NCBI GenBank assembly: GCA_964397995.1
Contig: CAYNLG010000010.1
Coordinates: 156-64,155 of the forward strand
DNA from: an uncultured Anaerolineales bacterium
GTDB taxonomy: Bacteria; Planctomycetota; Phycisphaerae; FEN-1346
Direction of reading: 5' to 3'
Length of the DNA stretch: 64,000 nucleotides
The notes under the pieces are model-generated. The model was not told the DNA's origin. It saw only the letters and a list, made by a program, of their open reading frames with translations, and searched no databases. Each line of letters begins with the position of its first letter. Position 1 is the first letter of the stretch. Below are positions 13,025-22,230 of this stretch, one piece after another. Position numbers and translations under genes: made by a program.

Positions 13025-13098
13025 GCCTCTTCGCGTAGGGGCGAAGAGGCCAGGACCCGAGGGCCGGGACGCGTGGGCGTCCGGGCCCTCGGGCGTTT
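13025..13098 (+). terminator. tandem hairpins after pilin (terminator or mRNA stabiliser)
   Basis: 10-bp perfect stem 13025-13050; 16-bp stem with one mismatch 13056-13093 followed by CGTTT. Confidence 0.6.
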
Positions 13099-13129
13099 AC
13101 CGGCCGGGCTCACGGGCCGCTCGAATGGC

Positions 13130-13158
13130 TAACGCGGCCTTGCGGCCCGCGCCGATAT
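13130..13158 (+). promoter_or_regulatory. second putative sigma28-type promoter
   Basis: TAAC...GCCGATAT, same -10 octamer as 12223-12230. Confidence 0.4.
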
Positions 13159-13240
13159 ACCTCGTGAGGATACCGCCTGTCCGCATCGATTGCTCCCGGC
13201 TTGCCGCCTTCCGCGGCCGGCCGATGTAGGAGGCCGACCC

Positions 13241-13531
13241 GTGTCCGAACGCTACCTGAAACTCATCGCCCAAGGACTGATCCTCACCGTCATCATGCTC
13301 GGGCTCATCGCGGCCGCCCTGTGGTTGCGGCCCGGCCCCGTCGAGACCGCCGCCCAGGCCCGCACCATGTCCATCGCCAGCGAAGGCGGTCTCCAGGACC
13401 GCGGCAAACAGCGGCTGGAGATGATCGACGAACTGAAGGCGATCAACGAGAACCTGGCTGAGCTTCGCAAGGGCCTCGAGAACGGAACCTACAAGGTCCG
13501 CATCGAGGACCCTGAGAAGGCCAAGAAGTGA
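13241..13531 (+). CDS. small membrane-anchored coiled-coil hypothetical protein
   Basis: AGGAGG SD, GTG start, N-terminal TM helix. Confidence 0.7.
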   Translation: MSERYLKLIAQGLILTVIMLGLIAAALWLRPGPVETAAQARTMSIASEGGLQDRGKQRLEMIDELKAINENLAELRKGLENGTYKVRIEDPEKAKK

Positions 13532-13545
13532 TCCGGAGGCCGACC

Positions 13546-14073
13546 ATGCCCGCCATCACCCAACGTCGGCTGGCGCCCCCGCGCGGGTTTACGCTGGTCG
13601 AACTGATCATCGTCGTCCTGGTGCTGGCGATTGCGGCCGCCATCGTCGTTCCGGCCATCGGGACGGCGGCGGACGTCCAGGTCGTCAGTGCCGCACGCGT
13701 TCTGGCCTCCGACCTCGAGACCACCCGCAGCCTGGCTCTGACCACCCAGCAGCCGCACACGCTCGTCTTCTCGACCGATCGCGGCGCCTACAAAGTCGTG
13801 GTCGACTACGGGGGCGAACCGTACGCGAGCGTTGACGCGGTCGAACACCCCGTCCGCGCGGGCCGGGCCTACGAGACCACCGTCTCCGAGCAGCAGGGCA
13901 TGCGGTCGGTGGCCGTGACGAACGTCGACTTCGGCGGCGACGCGTACGTGACGTTCGATGCCCAGGGCGAACCGTTCGACTCCGGCAACGTGACGCTGCA
14001 GGCGGGAGACGTCCAGATGATCGTCTCGGTCGAGAGCCTGACGGGCATCGTGAACGTGACGCGGATCGACTGA
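13546..14073 (+). CDS. GspH/FimT-like minor (pseudo)pilin
   Basis: RG|FTLVELIIVVLVLAI signal; TFDAQGEP motif. Confidence 0.88.
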   Translation: MPAITQRRLAPPRGFTLVELIIVVLVLAIAAAIVVPAIGTAADVQVVSAARVLASDLETTRSLALTTQQPHTLVFSTDRGAYKVVVDYGGEPYASVDAVEHPVRAGRAYETTVSEQQGMRSVAVTNVDFGGDAYVTFDAQGEPFDSGNVTLQAGDVQMIVSVESLTGIVNVTRID

Positions 14074-14087
14074 CCGCGGGGACACGC

Positions 14088-15179
14088 ATGGCACACAGGC
14101 TGCCCATCGGACTCGACATCGGTACGACGGCTGTCCGGCTGATGCAGTTGGCCGGGTCGGGGCGACGGCTTCGCGTGCTGGACGCGGCCAAGGCCGCCAT
14201 CCCGCCCTACGCGGAGCGCGAGGCCGGTCCGCGCCGGGAGGCGGTGGTCGAGTGCGTGCGTGCGCTCCTCAAGGACCGGCACTTCCGCGGCCATGACGTG
14301 GTCCTCGCGCTCGACCCGGCCCAGGTCGCGATCCGCAGCATCCGCTTGCCCCCCACCCCCGAGGAAGAGCTGCCGACGGCCGTCAAGTGGGAGGTGCAGA
14401 ACAAGTTCCCGTTCGATATGGCCACGGCGGTGGTCCAGTACCTGCCGGCCGGACACGTCCGCCAGGGCGACCGGACGCTCCAGGAAGTCCTCGTCCTTGC
14501 CGTGCCGCGCCAGGACGTCGAGGCCCGCGTCCACATGGCCGCCGAAGCCGGCCTGCACGTGGTGAGCGTGGACGCGTCGCCGTGCGCCTTGTGGCGGACG
14601 TTCGAGCGGTACCGCCGCCGCGAAGAGGACCGGGACGTCGTGACGGCCATCGTCGACCTCGGGGCGCGGACGCAAGTCGTCCTGGCTCGGGGCCGCGACA
14701 TCGTGTTCGTCAAGACGATCCCGATCGGCGGCACACTGTTGAATCGCGCGGTGGCCGAGCGGCTCGAGTTGGCGGCGACCGAAGCCCAGGCGTTGCGGCG
14801 GCGGCTGGCGAAACGCCTCGACCGGGACGATCCCCAGGAGCCCGTCCGCCGGGCCGTGGCGGACGCCGTGCGGCCACACCTGGAGGACCTTGCCGCCGAG
14901 ATCGGCCTGTGTCTTCGGTACCACAGCGTGTCGTTCGGCGGGCCGCTGCCCGGTGAGATCATCTTCAGCGGCGGCGAGGCCCACGACCCCACGGTGCCGC
15001 AGACGTTGGCCGCCCGCCTGGACGTTCAGCCCACGGTGGCGGAGCCGCTGGCTGGGATCGAAGTGGGACGCGTCGGCCCGGGCGTGGACCGCCGCGGGGC
15101 GACGAGCGAGTGGACGGTGGCTCTGGGCTTGTCGCTGAAAGGCCTGAGCCTGGCCGAACCCCTCCAGGCGTGTGCCTGA
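14088..15179 (+). CDS. pilM: type IV pilus assembly protein PilM
   Basis: actin-like IGLDIG, VDLGA, IPIGG, FSGG and ALGLSL motifs. Confidence 0.88.
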   Translation: MAHRLPIGLDIGTTAVRLMQLAGSGRRLRVLDAAKAAIPPYAEREAGPRREAVVECVRALLKDRHFRGHDVVLALDPAQVAIRSIRLPPTPEEELPTAVKWEVQNKFPFDMATAVVQYLPAGHVRQGDRTLQEVLVLAVPRQDVEARVHMAAEAGLHVVSVDASPCALWRTFERYRRREEDRDVVTAIVDLGARTQVVLARGRDIVFVKTIPIGGTLLNRAVAERLELAATEAQALRRRLAKRLDRDDPQEPVRRAVADAVRPHLEDLAAEIGLCLRYHSVSFGGPLPGEIIFSGGEAHDPTVPQTLAARLDVQPTVAEPLAGIEVGRVGPGVDRRGATSEWTVALGLSLKGLSLAEPLQACA

Positions 15180-15205
15180 GAGGGCATCAGGGAGAGGGAA
15201 TCAGC

Positions 15206-15802
15206 GTGCGTGAGCTGGAGTTCCTGCCTCCGGACTACCTCCGGGCGCGGTTCGCCCGTCGCCTGGGATTCCTGCGGTCCTGGCTCCTGGTGGCCATGGG
15301 GTTGGCGATGGTCCTGTGGAGCCTCCAGATGGGCCTGTGCGTGCGCGACGCCGAGGCGAAGCTGCGTGGTATCCGGGGACTGGACTCGACCGCGTCTCAG
15401 GACGTGGTGAAAGTGGAACGCCTGCAGGCCGAGGTCCGCCGGTTCAGTGCCCGCCTGGCGGCCCTTCGCGACGCTGCCGACGGTGTCGCCACGAGCGATG
15501 TGCTGGCCGACGTGGTCGAACGCCTGTCGGACGCCACAGGGCTGACCCGATTGACGGTGACTCGGCACGAGGAGGGCCCGGGCGCCGTGGTGCGCCTCTG
15601 GGGCTGGGGCAGCGGCCACGCTGACGTGGGTCGCGTTCTGGGGGCTATCGAGGCCTCCCCTTATCTCGTCGGTGCGGTCCTGCGCGAGTCGCATGCCGAC
15701 ACGGCCGGGGGCGGCCCTCGGCGGGTCTTCCTGATAGAAGCCACCGCGATGCCGGCGGCAGATGCGGTGGCCCGAAAAGGCGAGCCGGAGGAGGTCCCGT
15801 GA
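15206..15802 (+). CDS. PilN-like protein
   Basis: N-terminal LEFLP (INLLP-like), TM, coiled coil; follows pilM. Confidence 0.7.
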   Translation: MRELEFLPPDYLRARFARRLGFLRSWLLVAMGLAMVLWSLQMGLCVRDAEAKLRGIRGLDSTASQDVVKVERLQAEVRRFSARLAALRDAADGVATSDVLADVVERLSDATGLTRLTVTRHEEGPGAVVRLWGWGSGHADVGRVLGAIEASPYLVGAVLRESHADTAGGGPRRVFLIEATAMPAADAVARKGEPEEVP

Positions 15803-16434
15803 CCACTTCGCCCGGCACCCCGGCGCCGCCTCCGCCTGCCCCCAAGCGGCCCCCGCTTGCGATCGACCGGCACCAACTCCTGATCCTGGTCCTGGGCTCG
15901 ATCATGGCCGGCTCGTTCGTCCTGCTTGTCTTCTGGCCCAAGCAGCGCCGGCTGCACGTGCTGGGCTCGGCCGTGAAGCAGGAGCGGGAGCGTGTCGAGC
16001 GGAAGCTGATGACGAGCCAGACGGGCCTGTACATGACGGCCCGGATTCCCGAGTTGCGCAAGGCCCAGGGGACGCTCGACCGGCGCCTCCCGGCCGACCC
16101 GGAGGTGGCAGTCCTGCTCCAGGCCGTGTCGGCCTGTTTCGAGGCGGAGCCCGCCGTACGCTACGACGTCGAGCAGGCGGCCTCCCGCACCGATGGCCCG
16201 GCGCCGGCCGTGCCCCTCCGCCTTCGTGCGGCCGGGCCGTTCCCGGCGGTGTACCGGTGCCTGGCCTCGGTCGAACGGCTGGAGCGGCTGTGCCGATTTC
16301 GCCGAACACAAGTCCAGAGAGAACCCGACGGTACAGTGACGGCCGAAGCGGAGGTTCTGGCCTACTTCCTGCCCGATGGCGGGGCGGAGGAGACCGGACC
16401 GCGCGCCGACGCCGCGGAAGGCCCCGGCACGTGA
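15799..16434 (+). CDS. PilO-like protein
   Basis: TM, coiled coil, RLPADPEV, GPFPAVYRCL; position after PilN-like gene. Confidence 0.7.
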   Translation: MTTSPGTPAPPPPAPKRPPLAIDRHQLLILVLGSIMAGSFVLLVFWPKQRRLHVLGSAVKQERERVERKLMTSQTGLYMTARIPELRKAQGTLDRRLPADPEVAVLLQAVSACFEAEPAVRYDVEQAASRTDGPAPAVPLRLRAAGPFPAVYRCLASVERLERLCRFRRTQVQREPDGTVTAEAEVLAYFLPDGGAEETGPRADAAEGPGT

Positions 16435-17078
16435 CGCGTTCGACGGATGGCACGGAGACGACGCCCCGCGCCCCCGGACCCATCAGCGGGGTCGTGGCAT
16501 GGCTGGTAAGCCGGCCGCGCGGCTGGTGGGCGGGGGGACATGGCCGGCCGGTCCGCGTCACCGTAACGGTGGTGTTGATCCTGGCAGCGCTGGGGGCATG
16601 GGCCTTGGCCTTGGTGCAACCGTGGCTGCGGCAGCGGGCAGACGCCGCCGTGGTGCCGTTTCCGGCGCTGCGGTTTGACGCGCGTCGCCTGTGCGAGCCC
16701 ACGGACGACCTGATGGACGCTCTGGCCCCGCCGGCGGCCGCCGCCAAGGCGATCCGCCGCGATCCGTTCGCCACGGCGCAGGCCGGCCCACCGCCATGTT
16801 GGCCGGCCGAGGCGGGGGTGGCCTCCTGTGCGGTTGCCGACCGGGCTGGCGACCCGTGCGGCGAGGCGGCCACCACGACCTTGGCCGTCATGGAGCGGGC
16901 TCGCGGGTTGAGGCTGGACATGACCGTCGAGACCGACGCGGGCGGACGTTGGGCGGTCATCGACGGACGACGCTACCGGGAAGGTGACGAGGTGGCCGGC
17001 ATGGCCATTCTCGAGATACGAACGGGGAGGGTGACCCTGCGGCAATCAGGCGTGACCTGTTTGTTGCGGGTCGAATAG
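16431..17078 (+). CDS. PilP/GspB-like membrane protein
   Basis: TM, RRDPF motif, C-terminal AVIDGRRYREGDEV beta domain; coupled GTGA start. Confidence 0.55.
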   Translation: MTRSTDGTETTPRAPGPISGVVAWLVSRPRGWWAGGHGRPVRVTVTVVLILAALGAWALALVQPWLRQRADAAVVPFPALRFDARRLCEPTDDLMDALAPPAAAAKAIRRDPFATAQAGPPPCWPAEAGVASCAVADRAGDPCGEAATTTLAVMERARGLRLDMTVETDAGGRWAVIDGRRYREGDEVAGMAILEIRTGRVTLRQSGVTCLLRVE

Positions 17079-17089
17079 GGAGAGGGTTC

Positions 17090-19264
17090 ATGAAAGCCTG
17101 CCACTGCGCTGACCCCTACCGGCGCGGCGTCGTGCTGCTCGCCGTCGCGGGAGCGCTTCTGCTGATGTTGACCCCCCCGGCCCGCGCGGCCGGTGCGGCC
17201 GGAGGTGCGGGACTGTTCGACCCCGGCGGCGGAGATGACCCCCTGGAGGTCGATGCCCCGGAGCAGGACGCCGCCGAGGCGCTTGAGGTCCGGCCAGAGG
17301 ACACGGCGCCGCCTCTCACGACCGTCCTCTCCGACGAGGGGGGCATCGAGATACACGCCAAGAACGAGGACCTGGTCAAGGTGCTGGAGCTGATCTCCCG
17401 GCTCCAGGAGATCAACATCGTGGCCAGCAAGCAGGTCACCGGCAAGGTGACGGCCGACCTGTACAACGTGACGCTGGCGGAGGCCCTGGACGCCCTGGCC
17501 CGGGCGAACAACCTCCGCTGGGTCCGCGAGGGCGACTTCATTTACGTCCACACGCCGGAGGAGTTGAAACAGCTCCGGATGGACGAGGACCGGCTTGTCA
17601 CCGAGGTCTATCACCTGAACTACCTGACGGCCGAGGACGCGATCAAGCTGATCCAACCGGCCCTGTCGGAATTGGCCGTGGTGGCCGAGACGTCGCCCGC
17701 CGAAAGCGGCATCGCCTCCGGGGGCGAGGAGGTCGGCGGCAACAGTTACGGACTGGCCGACGCCGTTGTCGTCCGTGACTTCCCCGAGAACCACGAGAAG
17801 GTGGCGGCCATCCTCGAGAAGATGGACCGGCGGCCGCGCCAGGTCCTGATCGAGGCGACCATCCTCCAGGTCGAGTTGACCGACAACACCAGCCTCGGCA
17901 TCAATTTCAACACGCTGGCCGGTGTCAATTTTCGCGACCTCCAGGCCCTGGCGCCGCCGGCGCCGGCTTCGCCGTCAACCGACCCCACCACCGTGATGGG
18001 CGACATCTCCGAGACCGCCCGGGCCAGCCTGCAGCCCTGGGGCACCACGTACACGCGCGGCTTCGCCACCCCCGGTGACGGCCTGAACATCGGCATCATG
18101 ACCAACAACGTCTCGGTCTTCATCCAGGCCGTCGAAGAAGTCACCGACGCCAACGTCATCAGCAACCCGAAGGTGCTCGCCCTGAACAAGCAGCGGGCCG
18201 AGGTTATCGTCGGCGACCGGCTCGGGTACCGGACCACGCAGGTGACCGAGACGACCGCGATCGAAACGGTCGAGTTCCTCGACACGGGCACACAGTTAAT
18301 CTTCAGGCCGTACATCAGCGACGACGGCTACATCCGCATGGAGGTCCACCCCGAGGTGTCCTCCGCGGTCCTGACGGGGCCCGCCGACAATCCGCTGCCC
18401 CAGGAGACGACGGCCGAGGTCACCTGCAACGTCATGGTCCGCGACGGCGAGACGATCGTTATCGGCGGCTTGTTTGACGAGAACGTCACCTCCACGAAGA
18501 CCGGCGTACCCTTCCTGCACAACCTGCCACTCGTCGGCCCGCTGTTCCGGTCACACGGCGAAGACACCGAACGGCGCGAGTACATCGTCCTGCTGACCCC
18601 CCATATCATCCAGGAGGACCAGGCCTACGCGATGGGGCGTCAGCTCAAGGACGACATCAGCCGCCGCGGCTTCGGTCTGCGGGAAGGCTTCTCCGTGTTC
18701 ACTCGCGAGCGGATGACGGTCGGCTACCTCCAGGAGGCCGAGGCCGCCTGGGAACGGTACCAGGAGACGGGCAAGCGGGGGGACCTGGACGGGGCGTGGT
18801 GGAACGCAAACCTGGCCCTGAACGTGGCCCCGAACAACATGGCGGCGCTGCGGCTCAAGGACCGCCTGATCATCGAGCGAACCGGCAAGGCCGAACTGCC
18901 GCGTCACTGGACCCTCTGGGACAGCATCCAACTCCACATGAACTCCGTCGGCCTGCTGGGCCATACGCATCCCGCGGTCGAGTGGCGCACGGGCGGGTGC
19001 GACGTGGTCATCGGGCGGCCGAGGCCCTGTGACGAAGACTCCCTGCCCAGGCACGGAATGCCCGGCGAGCCGTTGCCGGAGCACGGCCTGGCCCCCGCCT
19101 TCGAAAAGCCCGCTACCATCGAGACCGAGCCCCAACCGCCCGCGGCGCCGGACGCCGAAGCGACCGGGGAGGCCGTGGGCGAGCCGTTCGACGGCGGCGC
19201 CGACGCACCCGGCCGGTACATTGGCGAGATCGAAGCGGAGGAGGTGACCGATGTGGTGGACTAA
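17090..19264 (+). CDS. secretin (PilQ/GspD family) with C-terminal extension
   Basis: signal peptide, STN/N domains, QVLIEATI, VRDGETIVIGGL, GVPFLHNLPLVGPLF and LLTPHII. Confidence 0.92.
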   Translation: MKACHCADPYRRGVVLLAVAGALLLMLTPPARAAGAAGGAGLFDPGGGDDPLEVDAPEQDAAEALEVRPEDTAPPLTTVLSDEGGIEIHAKNEDLVKVLELISRLQEINIVASKQVTGKVTADLYNVTLAEALDALARANNLRWVREGDFIYVHTPEELKQLRMDEDRLVTEVYHLNYLTAEDAIKLIQPALSELAVVAETSPAESGIASGGEEVGGNSYGLADAVVVRDFPENHEKVAAILEKMDRRPRQVLIEATILQVELTDNTSLGINFNTLAGVNFRDLQALAPPAPASPSTDPTTVMGDISETARASLQPWGTTYTRGFATPGDGLNIGIMTNNVSVFIQAVEEVTDANVISNPKVLALNKQRAEVIVGDRLGYRTTQVTETTAIETVEFLDTGTQLIFRPYISDDGYIRMEVHPEVSSAVLTGPADNPLPQETTAEVTCNVMVRDGETIVIGGLFDENVTSTKTGVPFLHNLPLVGPLFRSHGEDTERREYIVLLTPHIIQEDQAYAMGRQLKDDISRRGFGLREGFSVFTRERMTVGYLQEAEAAWERYQETGKRGDLDGAWWNANLALNVAPNNMAALRLKDRLIIERTGKAELPRHWTLWDSIQLHMNSVGLLGHTHPAVEWRTGGCDVVIGRPRPCDEDSLPRHGMPGEPLPEHGLAPAFEKPATIETEPQPPAAPDAEATGEAVGEPFDGGADAPGRYIGEIEAEEVTDVVD

Positions 19265-20375
19265 GGGTCTGCTCCTTGTCGCGTGCGCGGCCTGTCTGGC
19301 CGCGGCGGCCGGCTGTACCTCCTTCATGGACGAGAAACGTGCCGAGGCCAACGAGCGCTGGCAGAAGAACCGGGCGGAGATCGTCGTCCGCTTGGCGGAA
19401 GGGTGCTTCAGGCGGGGTGAGATGAAGAAGGCCCGGCAGCATATCGCGGAGGCCCTCAACGAGCAGTTGGCCTATGCCCCCTTGTACGTATTGGCTGCAA
19501 GGCTGACGGCCGAGGACGGCGACCTGGAGCGGGCCCGCGAGTATGCCCAGACGGCCCGGTCCGTCGATCCCGAATACGCCGAGGGGCACTACGTTCTCGG
19601 GACCGTCGAGCAGACGCTGGGACACCGCGACAAGGCCCTTGCCGGCTACCGCGAGGCCGCGGCCCTGGATCCGAAGCGGGCGGCCTATGCCCTGGCCGTC
19701 TCCGAACTCCTCGTCTCCGAGGGCCGACGTGATGAGGCCGTGGCATTTCTGGAGGAGGCGGTCGGGCGTCTCCCCGGCCGGCCTGACCTCCATGCCGGCT
19801 ACGGCGACGTGCTGGCTCTGACCGGGCGGCATCGCGAGGCGGCCGCGGCGTACCGGACGGCACGGCGTCTCGATCCGAACGACCCGGCGTACGTGGCCGG
19901 TCTGGCGACGGTCCTCTACTTCAGCGGCGACTACGCCGGGGCCGAGACCGAACTGGCCGCCCTCTCACGGCTCGGGGACGCCGATAACGCCGCGTGGCTT
20001 TCCCAGATGCGCGGCGACTGTGCCCTGGCGCGGCGTCGGCCGGAGGATGCCCGTGCCCACTACGAACAGGCCCTCGAGGTCGACCCCGGTTGTCTGGGCG
20101 CGACGTTGGCCTTGGCCCACCTCGACGTGGCGGGCGGCCGGAGTGACCAGGCCGTTGCCCGGTTGGAGACGGTCCTGGACCGCGAACCGGCCCAGGGCGA
20201 TGCCAACGCCCTCATGGGCTATGCCCTGGTAAGTGCGGGCCGCGCGGCCGAGGCCGTACCGCACCTGCGGCGGGCCCTGGGCGATCCGACCTTCGAGCAG
20301 CGGGCGGTGGCCGAGGCGCTGCTTGCCCGCGCTCAGGCCGCGGCGCCGCCGGATGCCGGAGGCGACGCCCCATGA
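19251..20375 (+). CDS. TPR-repeat lipoprotein (pilotin-like)
   Basis: AAGC lipobox and multiple TPR repeats; overlaps the secretin stop. Confidence 0.8.
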   Translation: MWWTKGLLLVACAACLAAAAGCTSFMDEKRAEANERWQKNRAEIVVRLAEGCFRRGEMKKARQHIAEALNEQLAYAPLYVLAARLTAEDGDLERAREYAQTARSVDPEYAEGHYVLGTVEQTLGHRDKALAGYREAAALDPKRAAYALAVSELLVSEGRRDEAVAFLEEAVGRLPGRPDLHAGYGDVLALTGRHREAAAAYRTARRLDPNDPAYVAGLATVLYFSGDYAGAETELAALSRLGDADNAAWLSQMRGDCALARRRPEDARAHYEQALEVDPGCLGATLALAHLDVAGGRSDQAVARLETVLDREPAQGDANALMGYALVSAGRAAEAVPHLRRALGDPTFEQRAVAEALLARAQAAAPPDAGGDAP

Positions 20376-21817
20376 TCGAACTGCGTCGCGCCGCCGTCGT
20401 CATCCTGCTGTTTCTCGGGGTGGGGGCGGGCCTGCACCTCCTGATGGACCCGTTCGCCGAGGGGAGCCAGCCGCCCCTCGTCAAGACGATGGTGCTGGCG
20501 TGCGGCCTGACGCTGTGTGTGCTGGGGATCATCGGCGGGGTGCTGCTGGCGCGGCTGCAGAAGGAGCGGATCGACTCGGTCGCGGTCCATCTGAACACGA
20601 TGGTCGATCGCGGTCGCATGGGCCTGATGATCAGCGACAACGAGTCCGACGCCCTCGGCCGCCTCGGGCACGCCGTCAACCGCTATCTCCGCTTCGTCAA
20701 GGACGAGGTCGAGCAGTCCCGGATGGCCGTCAAGGAACGCCAGATCAAGATGAAGGTGCTCCAGGCTGAGAAGCGGCACATCGAGGCCGTCATCAAGGCC
20801 ATCAGCGACGGCGTCATCGTGACCGACGCGTTCGGCGACCTGGTTTTGGCGAATGCCGCGGCCGAGGGGATTTTCGACTTTACGTTCGACGCGGCCGAGA
20901 GGCGCCCCGTCGAGGAGTTCATCGAGGACGCGGAGTTCCTGGCCCTGCTGACCGGGATGCGCGACGAGGGGGTCCACTCCCCCCACCGCACCGCCGAGTG
21001 GACCTCCGCCGCCGGCGACCGGCCGCGCACCTACCGCGTCATCCTGAGTGCCGTCCTCGAGGGCCGTGCCCGCGACCGGATCAGCGGCGTGGTGGCCGTC
21101 CTGCACGACGTGACGCGCGAGAAGGAGATCGCGCGCATGAAGAGCGACTTCGTCTCGAACGTGTCGCACGAGTTGAAGGCCCCGCTGGCAAGCATTCGGG
21201 CCTACGTCGAGATGCTCCAGGACGGCGAGGTCGAGAACGAAGCCGAAGCCCGCGAATACCTGAGCACCATCGCCGGCGAGACCGACCGCCTGAACCGCCT
21301 CATCGAGAACATCCTCAATCTCAGCCGCCTGGAGTCCGGCCTCGTCCCGGTCAATAAGGCGGACTTGGCGGTGACCGAGGTGCTGAGCGACGTGGCGGAC
21401 GTGATCTCGCCGCAGGCGTCGCGCAAGGGGATCGACCTCGCGGTTGACCTGGCGCCCGTCTTCTTCCGCGTGCACGCCGACCGCGACATGCTGTACCAGT
21501 CGGTGCTGAATGTGGCCTCCAACGCCGTCAAGTACACCCCGGAGGGCGGACGCATCCGCGTCGCCACCTACCTGAAGGACGGGGCCGTGGTGGTCGAGGT
21601 TGCCGACACGGGCCACGGCATCCCGCCCGAAGAGGTCGAGAAGGTCTTCGAGAAGTTCTACCGTGCCCGTCACAGCGGCCAGGCCGCCCCGGGGACCGGG
21701 CTGGGCCTGCCTCTGGTCAAGCACGTTATCGAACACATCCACGGTGGCTGGGTGGCCGTGGAGAGCCAGGTGGACCGGGGTACGACGTTCCGCCTCGGGT
21801 TGCCGGCCGTGCGATAG
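20372..21817 (+). CDS. membrane PAS sensor histidine kinase
   Basis: 2 TM, PAS, SHELKAPL H-box, NAVKY, DTGHGI and GTGLGL. Confidence 0.93.
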   Translation: MIELRRAAVVILLFLGVGAGLHLLMDPFAEGSQPPLVKTMVLACGLTLCVLGIIGGVLLARLQKERIDSVAVHLNTMVDRGRMGLMISDNESDALGRLGHAVNRYLRFVKDEVEQSRMAVKERQIKMKVLQAEKRHIEAVIKAISDGVIVTDAFGDLVLANAAAEGIFDFTFDAAERRPVEEFIEDAEFLALLTGMRDEGVHSPHRTAEWTSAAGDRPRTYRVILSAVLEGRARDRISGVVAVLHDVTREKEIARMKSDFVSNVSHELKAPLASIRAYVEMLQDGEVENEAEAREYLSTIAGETDRLNRLIENILNLSRLESGLVPVNKADLAVTEVLSDVADVISPQASRKGIDLAVDLAPVFFRVHADRDMLYQSVLNVASNAVKYTPEGGRIRVATYLKDGAVVVEVADTGHGIPPEEVEKVFEKFYRARHSGQAAPGTGLGLPLVKHVIEHIHGGWVAVESQVDRGTTFRLGLPAVR

Positions 21818-21830
21818 GGAAGGAGCGGAC

Positions 21831-22205
21831 ATGCCCCGCATTCTGGTGGCCGACGACGAGGCGCCGATCGCCCGCGTCGTCGCCAAGAAACTCGAGAACG
21901 CCGGCTACGACGTCGAGGTTGCCCGCGACGGCCAGGAGGCCTATGAACGGGCCGTCGCGTCGCCGCCAGATTTCCTGGTTACCGACCTCCAGATGCCGGG
22001 CCTCAGCGGCTTGGAGGTCTGTGCCCGGTTGGCTGCCGAACTCGAGACGCCCGTGCCGGCGGTCCTGTTGACCGCCAAGGGGTTCGAGGTCGACCCAAGC
22101 GTGGTCGAACGTCTGCCCATACGGCGGATCATGACGAAGCCGTTCAGCCCGCGGGAACTCCTGGCGGTCGTGCAGGCGGCCTTGGCCCAGACCGCTTCGA
22201 CGTGA
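21831..22205 (+). CDS. stand-alone response regulator receiver
   Basis: ADDE, TDLQMPG, LTA, KPF; no output domain. Confidence 0.92.
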   Translation: MPRILVADDEAPIARVVAKKLENAGYDVEVARDGQEAYERAVASPPDFLVTDLQMPGLSGLEVCARLAAELETPVPAVLLTAKGFEVDPSVVERLPIRRIMTKPFSPRELLAVVQAALAQTAST

Positions 22206-22230
22206 CATCCGTGACCCGAAGGGGAGTGCC

